Source of the DNA: Caldilineaceae bacterium
GTDB lineage: Bacteria > Chloroflexota > Anaerolineae > Caldilineales > Caldilineaceae
DNA: 64,000 bases
Reading direction: 5' to 3'
Assembly: GCA_963422415.1 (NCBI GenBank)
Contig: OY729430.1
Span: forward strand, 2,517,598-2,581,597
Shown here piece by piece: positions 23,402 through 32,526 of the stretch. How positions within the stretch are numbered: the first letter of the stretch is position 1; each line of letters starts with the position of its first letter. Position numbers and translations under genes: made by a program. Below the pieces are notes generated by a model that was not told where the DNA came from, did no database searches, and saw nothing but the letters and a program-made list of their open reading frames with translations.

Positions 23402-26320
23402 TTAGGGGCAGACCAGCACATCGTTCCAATATTCGCCCTCGAGCATATGCGCGGGTAGGCAAATCAAAGGGTTGTCGTACATGTACAGCTTTCGCAATTG
23501 GAGAAGGTCGGCAAAGAGACCCACCGGTAGCGTAGCCAAGTAGTTGTTTCTCAATTCCAGCGTTTGCAGTTCGGAGAGGCCGGCAAAGAGATCTTCAGGT
23601 AGCGCAGCCAGTTGGTTGAAACTCAGATCCAGCATTTGCAGTTCGGAGAGGCCGGCAAAGAGATCTTCAGGCAGCGCAGCCAGTTGGTTGGAACTCAGAT
23701 ACAGCGTTTGTAGTTCGGAGAGACCCGCGAAGGCATTCGGCGGCAGATCAGCCAATCTGTTGCGGAGCAGATCCAATCTGCGCAAAGCCGTGAGGTCGGC
23801 AAAGAGATCTTCAGGCAGCGCAGCCAGTTGATTGGAACTCAGATACAGCGTTTGCAGTTCGGAGAGACCCGCGAGGAGATCTTCAGGCAGCGCAGCCAGT
23901 TGATTGGAACTCAGATACAGCGTTTGCAGTTCGGAGAGACCCGCGAGGAGATCTTCAGGCAGCGCAGCCAGTTGGTTGGAACTCAGATCCAGCGTTTGCA
24001 ATTCGGAGAGACCCGCGAGGAGATCTTCAGGCAGCGCAGCCAGTTGGTTGGAACTCAGATCCAGCGTTTGCAATTCGGAGAGACCCGCGAGGAGATCTTC
24101 AGGCAGCGCAGCCAGTTGGTTGGAACTCAGATCCAGCGTTTGCAGTTCGGAGAGGCCCGCGAAGAGATCCGCTGGCACTGCAGCTAGTTGGTTGGAACTC
24201 AGATCCAGCGTTTGCAGTTCGGAGAGACCCGCGAGGAGATCTTCAGGCAGCGCAGCCAGTTGGTTGGAACTCAGATCCAGCGTTTGCAGTTCGGAGAGGC
24301 CCGCGAAGAGATCCGCTGGCACTGCAGACAGTTGATTGTGGCCCAGCTCCAGCGTTTGCAATCTGGAGAGATCGGCGAAAAAATCCGCTGGCAGCGTATT
24401 CAGTCGGTTGAAGCGCAGATCCAGTGTCTGCAGTTTGGAGAGATCGGCGAAGAGACCTGCCGGCACTGCAGCCAGTGAGTTGTAGTCTATCTCGCTGGAG
24501 TGAAAGGCCCTCGGATCCCGAGGACCCAAAATCAGCGACTGCAGGTCTGTCAGACCTGCAAAAAGACCGGGCGGCAGCGTATCCAGTTGCTCGCTGTACA
24601 GTGTCAGCGATTGCAGTGCAGCCAAGTCCATAAAAAGATCGGACGGCAGCACGCTTAGGTTCAAAAGGGACACTTCCAGCGACTGCAGGTCTGTCAGACC
24701 TGCAAAAAGACCGGGCGGCAGCGTATCCAGTTGCTCGCTGTGCAGTGTCAGCGATTGCAGTGCAGCCAAGTCCATAAAAAGATCGGACGGCAGCGCGCTT
24801 AGGTTGGAAAGGAACAGCTTCATCGATTGCAGATCCCTCAAGCCGGTGAAAAGGTTGGACGGCAGCATGCGCGGGTTCGGCAGGGAAGGCTCCACCCACA
24901 GCCATATGGCATCGTGAGCGTAACGGTCTATAAGGGGAGAAGGCGACCGCGGGGAAAAGGAAGGAATGGCATCAATGTCGTACAGTTCCAGCGATTGCAG
25001 GGCGGCCAGGTCGGAGAAAAGACCCGACGGCAGGGCAGCGGCAAAGTTGTACAGTTCCAGCGACTGCAGGGCGGTCAGGTCGGAGAAAAGACCCGACGGC
25101 AGGGTACCAGCAATGTTGTACAGTTCCAGCCATTGCAGGGCGGCCAGGTCGGAGAAAAGACCCGACGGCAGGACGGTCACGTGGGGAATGAACAGTTCCA
25201 GCGATTGCAAATCCGACTGATCGGCGAAGAGATCCGATGGCAGGACGGTCACGTGGGGAATGAACAGTTCCAGCGATTGCAAATCCGACTGATCGGCGAA
25301 GAGATCCGGCGGCAGGGCCGTCATGGCACTGCTGAACAGATGCAGCTCTTGCAGTTGGGAGAGCCCAGTGAAAAGACTTGGTGGCAAGGCTGTCAGATCG
25401 AGATTATGCTCCATTATGCGAGGACCGCCGCGTCCAGTACCCAACCACAGCTGCTGCAGACTAGCAAGGGGTACGAAGAGATTCTCAGGCAGAACAGTCA
25501 ACCGGGTATAGCGCAAATGCAGGGTGTGCAGGTGGTCTAGCCCAACAAACGACTCGGGTGCTAGAGTCGTCAGTTCGGTGAAGTTCAGATTCAAGGTGTG
25601 CAGCCGGGAGAGACCGGCGAAAAGGCCCACTGGCAGAGTGGTGAGTCTGCTGTATCTTAGATCCAAGCTATGCAAGACCGTAAGCCCAGTAAAGAGATCG
25701 GATGGCAGGGTAGGCGCGGTGCTGTACAGCTTCAGCGTTTGCAGGGCGGTCAGGTCAGAGAAAAGGCTGGCTGGTACGGTGTCAACGCTGTGCAGCTTCA
25801 GCGTTTGCAGTCCGGAGAGGCCCGCGAAGGCATTCGGCGGCAGATCGGCCAATCTGTTGCGGAGCAGATCCAATCTGCGCAAAGCCGTGAGTCCAGCGAA
25901 GAGATTCGGGGGCAGAGCAGTCAAGTTGTTATCCCTCAGATCCAAGCTGTGCAAGGCTGTGAGCCCGGCAAAATCACCGGTCTGTAGGACGCGCAGGCTC
26001 CTTCCTCTCAGATTCAAAGCAACAATGGCCGACAGGTGTGCCGGAGTGATCTGGGCGCAGACCAGGCCGGTCTGCGCCTCCAGTGCATTCACTATCCCTT
26101 GCGTGCGTCCATGCAGAGGACCGGTGCCACATCCCTCTTCGTCCGTGAACCGGACCGGGGTCACCGTAGCTGTCTGTTCCCCCTTGGGGTTGTCTGCATA
26201 GAATGCCACTCCGTCCGATCCCAAAGTCAAGTCCAGGCTGTGCTCCGCCGGATCGGACCACTCCAGACTCATGCCCAAGTACAGCGACACCACCAACATC
26301 CACCGCATGTACACTTGCAT
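23402..26320 (-). CDS. Leucine-rich-repeat protein LRR2 (paralogue of LRR1): short hydrophobic N-terminus, truncated X-module remnant, Cys N-cap, ~34 LRRs, Cys-containing C-cap
   Basis: Start moved to the ATG at 26318-26320 (MQVYMRWMLVVSLYLGMSLEW...) because GGAGGTG lies 4 nt upstream. GCGTGPLHGRTQGIVNAL...VCAQI parallels WCEDGPLHGRAQVVASAL...TCASV of LRR1. Repeat units include LSELQTLDLSSNQLAALPEDLLAG. The C-terminus is YDNPLICLPAHMLEGEYWNDVLVCP. Confidence 0.85.
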   Translation of the reverse strand: MQVYMRWMLVVSLYLGMSLEWSDPAEHSLDLTLGSDGVAFYADNPKGEQTATVTPVRFTDEEGCGTGPLHGRTQGIVNALEAQTGLVCAQITPAHLSAIVALNLRGRSLRVLQTGDFAGLTALHSLDLRDNNLTALPPNLFAGLTALRRLDLLRNRLADLPPNAFAGLSGLQTLKLHSVDTVPASLFSDLTALQTLKLYSTAPTLPSDLFTGLTVLHSLDLRYSRLTTLPVGLFAGLSRLHTLNLNFTELTTLAPESFVGLDHLHTLHLRYTRLTVLPENLFVPLASLQQLWLGTGRGGPRIMEHNLDLTALPPSLFTGLSQLQELHLFSSAMTALPPDLFADQSDLQSLELFIPHVTVLPSDLFADQSDLQSLELFIPHVTVLPSGLFSDLAALQWLELYNIAGTLPSGLFSDLTALQSLELYNFAAALPSGLFSDLAALQSLELYDIDAIPSFSPRSPSPLIDRYAHDAIWLWVEPSLPNPRMLPSNLFTGLRDLQSMKLFLSNLSALPSDLFMDLAALQSLTLHSEQLDTLPPGLFAGLTDLQSLEVSLLNLSVLPSDLFMDLAALQSLTLYSEQLDTLPPGLFAGLTDLQSLILGPRDPRAFHSSEIDYNSLAAVPAGLFADLSKLQTLDLRFNRLNTLPADFFADLSRLQTLELGHNQLSAVPADLFAGLSELQTLDLSSNQLAALPEDLLAGLSELQTLDLSSNQLAAVPADLFAGLSELQTLDLSSNQLAALPEDLLAGLSELQTLDLSSNQLAALPEDLLAGLSELQTLDLSSNQLAALPEDLLAGLSELQTLYLSSNQLAALPEDLLAGLSELQTLYLSSNQLAALPEDLFADLTALRRLDLLRNRLADLPPNAFAGLSELQTLYLSSNQLAALPEDLFAGLSELQMLDLSFNQLAALPEDLFAGLSELQTLELRNNYLATLPVGLFADLLQLRKLYMYDNPLICLPAHMLEGEYWNDVLVCP
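23550..24480 (-). repeat. In-frame 72-bp tandem repeats (about 13 units, several nearly identical) encoding LRR2 units; further block duplications up to ~25990
   Basis: Unit: cagccagttggttggaactcagatccagcgtttgca[ag]ttcggagagacccgcgaggagatcttcaggcagcg. A 144-bp double unit is duplicated at ~24540-24830. Another duplicated unit lies at ~25176-25310 (FADQSDLQSLELFIPHVTVLPSDL x2). Confidence 0.9.
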
Positions 26321-26997
26321 TGTCCACCTCCGAGACGTCGCTGGTCCCAAGGCTGGAAGATCTCCTGGAGACTGGTCTACGTCGCCTTGCCAGAGTGTTA
26401 CGAATTCTGAATCAAACAAGGGCTATCGGTGATTCCATAGCCTCAAGGTCAGTCCCAATCCGGTCCTTGGATCCTATTGATGATATAGTGTCGGCTTCTT
26501 TCTGTAGCCTTGTCGCAGGTGACATATCTGCCGACACTCGACCGTACACTAGTCTCCGCGGTCACTGAGGGGATAGCTGGGAGGGACAAGGGCCAACAAG
26601 TGTCCACGTCCGTTGACTTCCCTCATGCTTCAATGCGCGCATCGTCCCATCCGCACCAACGTGCCATCGGCAGTTCAATAGTCTCGCGGATACCCTCAGC
26701 TTTTTGGCGCTGGTTCAGGACATCCTCTGCAGCAGAATCCGGCAGAGAAGACGCGCTGACCTGCATGTGTCAAGGAAGAGTATGAAGCAGAGACTTTTTC
26801 CACAGTGTCAGAGGTCTCTTTACAAGCACGAGGGCAGGAGGATCGACCAGAACTGCACCTGCAAGCCAAAGATTGCATTTCAGGACCGCTCGGCCTACCT
26901 CACCTGCGTTGCCTGTCGATGAACCTATATTCATTCGTCTTTCGTTTATCCTTTGGGGCCAAGATTCTCTTGAACAGGGCAAGGCAACAACCAGACG

Positions 26998-28362
26998 ATG
27001 CAGCTCTCAAGACCCTCAATGTCACCGAAGATCGGCAAGCCGTTGCTCATTGCGGCCATCATCGCGGTCCCCACGCTTTTGGTTGGTTTCTTCTTTGTCT
27101 TCAATCTGTACCTGAAGCCCTTGATGCAAGTCTGTCCCAAGAACTGCCAAGGAGCGGACTATGAAGGGCAAGTCCTCCTTGGACAATCGTTCAAGAACTT
27201 TGACCTTTCTCACGCAAACATGCCGCGGACAATCGCCAGAGAGGCGGATTTCAGCGGAGCCAATCTCCATTTCGCCAATCTCTCTCATGCGGATCTGAAC
27301 GGAGCGGATTTCAGGAGATCCGATCTCTCCGCTGCCCTGCTGACACACGCGGATCTGCGGAATGCCAATCTGGCTGGCAGCCGACTTGGCGGGGCCAGAC
27401 TGTACGGAGCGGATCTGAGACATGCCGATTTGAGAGGCTCCATCCTAGGCTCGGCGGATCTGTCTCAAGCCTTGTTGCAGGGATCCATCATTGACGAAAA
27501 GACCGTATTGAGCGGCCATTGGGAACGCATTTGGCATCTCTGGAACGACTCCGATCCAGATCTGGATCTGGAAGGCGCCAGTCTGTCCCGAGCCAATATG
27601 CAAGGATACGACTTCGGTCCAGCCAATCTCAGACATGCCCGTCTGCGAGACACGAATCTCAGCGGGGCCAACCTCTCCGAGGCCGACCTGGAAATGGCAG
27701 ACTTGCGTCAATCCGTGATTGACGACTCCACTCGCCTTGCGCCGCGGGACCGCTTGGTATGGGAAATGCACAACGCTCCAAGCGTATCTCCGGATTATGC
27801 CAACGTGGTCGTAACCAATGCCCTGCTGTCCGAAATATATCTGCAGAATGCCAACCTGCAAGGGGCAGTGTTCCGAGATTCCATCTTGACATTTGCCAAT
27901 CTGCGGAATTCCGATCTACGGGGGGCGGACTTTTCCGGAGCCAACATGACAGAGGCGGATCTTGACGGGGCCCTTTTGACGGACACCATTCTATCCGGCG
28001 CGAATCTGCATGGGGCCGAGATGGGATTCAGCAACCTGCGGGGCGCCATCATTGACACCGACACCGTCCTGCCGGAGAGATGGCTTGTTGTCTGGACCAT
28101 CTTGAATCACGGGGGTGAGGGGGGAGATTACTCTGGTCTGTTTCTGGGCAGCGCCGACTTGGCTGGCGCCGCCTTGCAAAACGCCAATTTCACGGAGGCT
28201 GATCTCCGCTTTGCCGTACTGGCCGGAGCCGATCTCCGCAATGCAAACTTCACCGATGCCATCTTGACCTCGACGGATTTCACCGATGCGCTGCTGACCG
28301 GAGCCATTTTTTCCGGCGCAGATCTGTCCAACGCAGTCGGCTTTGTGCCTGAAGGGAAGTAG
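26998..28362 (+). CDS. Pentapeptide-repeat protein with a single N-terminal transmembrane anchor
   Basis: MQLSRPSMSPKIGKPLLIAAIIAVPTLLVGFFFVFNLYL has basic residues before the helix, which predicts N-in topology. After it come long runs of A(D/N)LxG/A(N/D)Fxx pentapeptides (ADFSGANLHFANLSHADLNGADFRRSDLSAALLTHADLRNANLAG...). An alternative start at 27019 (MSPK...) is possible. Confidence 0.85.
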   Translation: MQLSRPSMSPKIGKPLLIAAIIAVPTLLVGFFFVFNLYLKPLMQVCPKNCQGADYEGQVLLGQSFKNFDLSHANMPRTIAREADFSGANLHFANLSHADLNGADFRRSDLSAALLTHADLRNANLAGSRLGGARLYGADLRHADLRGSILGSADLSQALLQGSIIDEKTVLSGHWERIWHLWNDSDPDLDLEGASLSRANMQGYDFGPANLRHARLRDTNLSGANLSEADLEMADLRQSVIDDSTRLAPRDRLVWEMHNAPSVSPDYANVVVTNALLSEIYLQNANLQGAVFRDSILTFANLRNSDLRGADFSGANMTEADLDGALLTDTILSGANLHGAEMGFSNLRGAIIDTDTVLPERWLVVWTILNHGGEGGDYSGLFLGSADLAGAALQNANFTEADLRFAVLAGADLRNANFTDAILTSTDFTDALLTGAIFSGADLSNAVGFVPEGK

Positions 28363-28504
28363 ACAATCTACGGCGGCTGGATCGAGCCTTGACATGCACT
28401 TCCCCAGTCGGCACTGCCTCTGGAATTTCCACAGCGGAGAAATCAACGACCTAGCACAGAACATAACAGTGAAAGCCAGTTTTCACCTTTTTGCCAAGTT
28501 GTCT

Positions 28505-28513
28505 TGTTATAAT
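28505..28513 (+). promoter_or_regulatory. Candidate extended -10 promoter element (TGTTATAAT) upstream of the ABC substrate-binding gene
   Basis: TGnTATAAT lies in an AT-rich patch 135 nt upstream of the ATG at 28649. No good -35 sits at 17-nt spacing (TTGCCA is only 11 nt away). Sequence pattern only. Confidence 0.3.
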
Positions 28514-28648
28514 GCTCTCGCCTTTTTTCCAAAACAGCAGGTTGTGCGAGCACAGCTGATGGAGTTCATCCTTACGGGGTGCGCTTTGGCTCAGGCCGTG
28601 TTTGAAAATTCGGTTGGACCTGCGCCAAGTTTCAGAGGTTAATGTGTC

Positions 28649-30475
28649 ATGAAGAGAGGAATATCGTTATTGTTGGTTGCACTGCTGGTCATGCTGGCAG
28701 TCGTGGCCTGTGCTGCACCGGGGACCACGGGTCCAGCAGCAAGTGGAGAAGCGGCGGAATCCGGCGGCGAGGAAATGGCGGAGGACTACTCCGACGCATC
28801 TCGCGCTGAAACCGTTATCTTCGAGGTGGATGCCCGTGGCGGCCAGTTCGCGGATCCCGAATTGATGAATCCCTATGTTCCTGGCGGTCTGCGCAACCAA
28901 GGCATACACCAGGCTGTGCAGGAGCCCCTGTTCGTCCTGAATTACCAGACCGGTGAAATAGAGTCTTGGCTGGGCGAGTCCATGGAGGCAGACGAAACCT
29001 TCACCACTTGGACTCTGAACCTCCGCAAGGGCGTGGAATGGAGCGATGGCGAAGCGTTCAACGCCGATGATGTCATCTTCACCATGGGTTTGTTGATGGA
29101 AAACACCGAAATGAACTATGCCGCCGGTCTGCAGGACTGGGTGGAGAGCACGGAAAAGGTCGACGATTTCACGGTTACCTTCAATCTGACCCGCCCCAAT
29201 CCCCGATTCCAGCTTGACAACTGGTCCGTCCGCATTTGGGGCGGTCCTATCATTCTGCCTGAGCATATCTGGGCCGATCAGGACCCCCTGACCTTCAAGA
29301 ACTACGATCCCGAAAAGGGGTGGCCAGTCTTCACGGGCCCATATCTGCTGGACAGCATCGGCCCCACGGAATTCAGCTACGTGCGCAACGACGACTGGTG
29401 GGGAGCCAAGGCCGGTTGGAAGGAACTGCCAGAGCCCAAGAAGCTGATTTGGGTCCGCAGCGCTTCCGACGAGACCGCCGTCAACGTGATGGCTCAGGGC
29501 GGCATCGACAGTCTGATGGACATCACCTTGGGACAGCTGCAGGCCCTGCAGGGCCAGAACCCCGATGTCATCACCTGGTTCTCGGAAATGCCGCTGGCTT
29601 GGGTTCCCGATCCCTGCTCACGCACCTTCGAGTTCAATAACGCCATTGAGCCTTGGAACGACCCAGACATGCGCTGGGCCATCAACTACGCAGTGGACCG
29701 CGACGAGATCGTTCAGATTGCCTACGAGGGCACCACGCTGAAAAATCGCCATTATTTCCCCGCATATCCGCCGCTGGATGCCTTGGTGGACTTGGCCATC
29801 GCGGAAGGAGCTTGGGACGTGGACCAGCTCTTTACCCACGATCCCCAAATGACATCCGAAATCCTGGAATCCAAGGGCTATACCCGTGAAGGCGACGGCT
29901 ATTGGCAAAAGGACGGAGAGGATCTATCTCTGGAGATTGCGACGCATGAAGGCTTCATTGAAAAGAAGCGCATTGCTCAGATCGTGACCGAGCAGCTGCA
30001 GCGTGTTGGCATCAACGCCGTGCATGTGAACCAGGCGGGCCAGACATGGGGCGACAACTTCCGGAACGGTGAATTCGAATCCCGCATGGGTTGGCAGACC
30101 TGCGGTTCCGTAAACGAACCTTGGGCAACCATGGATACATTCAACACCCGCTGGCTCGAACCCATCGGCACCCGCGCCAACCAAAATTCTTGGCGCTGGA
30201 GTGGTGAAAAGGCGGAAGAGTACGGTGCGCTGGTAGACCAGATTGGTTCTCTGCCGCTGGGCGATCCGGCCATTGAGCCCCTGTTTCTGCAGGCCACCGC
30301 GTTGCTCTTCGAAGAGCTGCCTGTCATTCCGATCACGGAAGCCAAGAAGATCATTCCCTTCTTGGAGACGTACTGGACCAACTGGCCTACGTACGACAAT
30401 CAGTATGTGCACCCGCCAACTTGGTGGCAACACACGCACTACATCATTCACGAGATCGAGTCGACCGGCAACTAG
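28649..30475 (+). CDS. ABC transporter substrate-binding lipoprotein, family 5 (Opp/Dpp/oligosaccharide type)
   Basis: Signal peptide with lipobox [21 protein letters not shown]. The 608-aa size and motifs ([32 protein letters not shown]..., [13 protein letters not shown]) fit SBP_bac_5. Confidence 0.85.
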   Translation: MKRGISLLLVALLVMLAVVACAAPGTTGPAASGEAAESGGEEMAEDYSDASRAETVIFEVDARGGQFADPELMNPYVPGGLRNQGIHQAVQEPLFVLNYQTGEIESWLGESMEADETFTTWTLNLRKGVEWSDGEAFNADDVIFTMGLLMENTEMNYAAGLQDWVESTEKVDDFTVTFNLTRPNPRFQLDNWSVRIWGGPIILPEHIWADQDPLTFKNYDPEKGWPVFTGPYLLDSIGPTEFSYVRNDDWWGAKAGWKELPEPKKLIWVRSASDETAVNVMAQGGIDSLMDITLGQLQALQGQNPDVITWFSEMPLAWVPDPCSRTFEFNNAIEPWNDPDMRWAINYAVDRDEIVQIAYEGTTLKNRHYFPAYPPLDALVDLAIAEGAWDVDQLFTHDPQMTSEILESKGYTREGDGYWQKDGEDLSLEIATHEGFIEKKRIAQIVTEQLQRVGINAVHVNQAGQTWGDNFRNGEFESRMGWQTCGSVNEPWATMDTFNTRWLEPIGTRANQNSWRWSGEKAEEYGALVDQIGSLPLGDPAIEPLFLQATALLFEELPVIPITEAKKIIPFLETYWTNWPTYDNQYVHPPTWWQHTHYIIHEIESTGN

Positions 30476-30506
30476 CCCGCCTCGAGTCTTTACGACCGTA
30501 TAGGGA

Positions 30507-30546
30507 GACCAGCCGGGGCAGCCCCGGCTGGTCCATTATTTTCTGC
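30507..30546 (+). terminator. Intercistronic hairpin plus T-rich tail after the SBP gene (partial terminator or mRNA stabiliser)
   Basis: GACCAGCCGGGG cag CCCCGGCTGGTC (30507-30533, perfect 12-bp stem) followed by cattattttct. Confidence 0.65.
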
Positions 30547-30574
30547 ACACTGCAATTTCCCTCCGAGATGCTTT

Positions 30575-31591
30575 ATGGGTGAACTTACCCTCGGCTACTT
30601 CTTGCGCCGCCTCGGCATGTGGACCTTGACCATATGGATTGGGTCCACGCTGATCTTCCTCATTCCTCGTCTGGCTCCAGGCGATCCCGTGACCGCGATG
30701 GTGGAGCGCATGTTGCAGCAGGCCGGCACCATTGAAAATTCGGCTGACATGATCAATGCGTGGCGGGTTCGGTTTGGCTTGGACGGCCCCTTGCATGTCC
30801 AGTACCTCCGCTACCTGAACAATATGGCCAGACTGGATCTAGGCTACTCCTTGGCCAATTTTCCGGCTCGGGTCACGGACATTGTGACCCGTTCACTACC
30901 TTGGACTATTGGCATGTTGTCGATCGCCACTGTCATTTCGTTTCTGATCGGCAATATGATAGGAGCCTTGATGGCATGGCGCAGAGTTCCGGGTTGGATT
31001 CGCAGCGTCCTTCCGGTTTCTCTTATCTTCACGGCCATTCCTTTCTTCATGTTCGGGCTGCTGCTGATTGCGGTATTGGCCTTCGAGTGGAAGATCTTCC
31101 CCGCCTTTAGCAACTACGGACGCAATATTGATCCGGGTTTCAACTGGGACTTCATTTCCAGCGTGGTATATCACGGCACATTGCCCGTGTTCTCCATTGT
31201 GATTACCTCCATGGGCTTTTGGGCCTTGGGTATGCGGGGCATGATGGTGACCACCGATGGGGAGGACTACATGATTCTGGCCGATGCCAAAGGCCTGCGT
31301 TCCCGCCGCATATTTTGGTTCTATGGCGTACGCAATTCCCTGCTGCCCCAGATCACGGCCTTGGCTCTCAGCATCGGTGCCTTGGCCGGGGGGTCCCTGC
31401 TGGTGGAATACATTTTTGGCTATCCGGGTCTGGGCTATTTTCTGTATCAGGCCATCATCAGCGCGGACTACACGGTCATTCAAGGCATTGTGTTCATGTT
31501 GATTGTGGGCACGGCCACGGCCGTCTTGATTCTGGACCTTCTCTATCCCATGATCGATCCGCGCATTACCTACCAGAAGGGCACATCATGA
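30575..31591 (+). CDS. ABC transporter permease (DppB/OppB-like)
   Basis: 338 aa, multi-pass and hydrophobic, with the typical ADAKGLRSRRIFWFYGVRNSLLP segment. Confidence 0.85.
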   Translation: MGELTLGYFLRRLGMWTLTIWIGSTLIFLIPRLAPGDPVTAMVERMLQQAGTIENSADMINAWRVRFGLDGPLHVQYLRYLNNMARLDLGYSLANFPARVTDIVTRSLPWTIGMLSIATVISFLIGNMIGALMAWRRVPGWIRSVLPVSLIFTAIPFFMFGLLLIAVLAFEWKIFPAFSNYGRNIDPGFNWDFISSVVYHGTLPVFSIVITSMGFWALGMRGMMVTTDGEDYMILADAKGLRSRRIFWFYGVRNSLLPQITALALSIGALAGGSLLVEYIFGYPGLGYFLYQAIISADYTVIQGIVFMLIVGTATAVLILDLLYPMIDPRITYQKGTS

Positions 31592-32526
31592 GCGTGATCA
31601 TTCAGGAAACGGCCAATCAAGCTGAAGGGGGGCTGAATGCATGGGATTCTCCTTGGCTAAATACCAAGTTTCTCATCGGTCTGTCTCTCATTCTGATGGT
31701 ATTGCTGATGGCCGCTGTGGGGCCGTTGGGTTTGTGGGACACGACCTTGGCCAGAGTTGCCTCGTCGCCCTTGAATCTGCCCCCTATGTGGGTCACCAGC
31801 GAAAATCCCTTCTTTGGAACTCCCAGTTCTGAACATCCCCTAGGAACCGACAGTGATGGCAGAGACATGTTGGCCGTGCTTCTCGTCGGCGCCCCGCGCT
31901 CCCTGCACATCGGCTTGATCGCCGCCGGGGTCGGTATACTCATTGGTATCGTGCTGGGCTTCACGGCGGGTTTCGTTGGCGGCTGGGTGGATGCCGTGAT
32001 TCGAACCCTGTCCGATTCCATCATCACAATCCCGGCGCTGGCCGTGTTGATTGTGATTTCGGCATTTGTCAGGCAGCTGAGCGTACCCATTCTGGCCTTG
32101 TTGCTGGCGGCTTTTGCATGGCCTGGACCTACTCGACTCTTGCGCGCTCAAGTATTGACCTTGCGGGAACGGGGCTATGTGCAAATGGCGCGTTTGTCCG
32201 GAGCCAGCACATTCACAATTCTGTTCAAGGAAATGCTGCCCAACATGATGCCGTATTTGGCAGCCAGTCTGACAGGCAACGTATCAGGGGCAATCCTGGC
32301 GGTCACTGGCTTGGAAGCCTTGGGATTGGGCCCTACCCGCATTCCCACCATGGGCATGACCATCTATCATGCCACGGCAGTGTCTGCTCTGTTCAGGGGC
32401 ATGTGGTGGTGGTGGGGCATTCCCATCGTGGCCTTGGTCGTCGTGTTTATCTCACTCTTCCTGATGGCAGTCGGCTTGGATGAAATCGCCAATCCGCGCC
32501 TGCGAGGAGTGATGTCTTCCTCATGA
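31588..32526 (+). CDS. ABC transporter permease (DppC/OppC-like)
   Basis: Start set at the ATG 31588-31590 (MSVIIQETANQ...), which forms an ATGA overlap with the upstream stop. The ORF-track extension back to 31219 overlaps the previous gene. YVQMARLSGASTFTILFKEMLPNMMP is the typical DppC loop. Confidence 0.85.
   Translation: MSVIIQETANQAEGGLNAWDSPWLNTKFLIGLSLILMVLLMAAVGPLGLWDTTLARVASSPLNLPPMWVTSENPFFGTPSSEHPLGTDSDGRDMLAVLLVGAPRSLHIGLIAAGVGILIGIVLGFTAGFVGGWVDAVIRTLSDSIITIPALAVLIVISAFVRQLSVPILALLLAAFAWPGPTRLLRAQVLTLRERGYVQMARLSGASTFTILFKEMLPNMMPYLAASLTGNVSGAILAVTGLEALGLGPTRIPTMGMTIYHATAVSALFRGMWWWWGIPIVALVVVFISLFLMAVGLDEIANPRLRGVMSSS

Noticed and set aside
23544-26201. Plus-strand ORFs (95-237 aa) antisense to LRR2, and the minus-strand alternative-frame ORF 24243-24905
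   Set aside because: Same artefact of in-frame tandem repeats. The translations are low-complexity, with no start or SD support.
31219-31587. N-terminal 123-aa extension of the DppC-like permease ORF
   Set aside because: The extension overlaps the DppB-like gene in another frame. The ATG at 31588 forms the ATGA coupling seen at other junctions of this operon and gives a normal-length permease.
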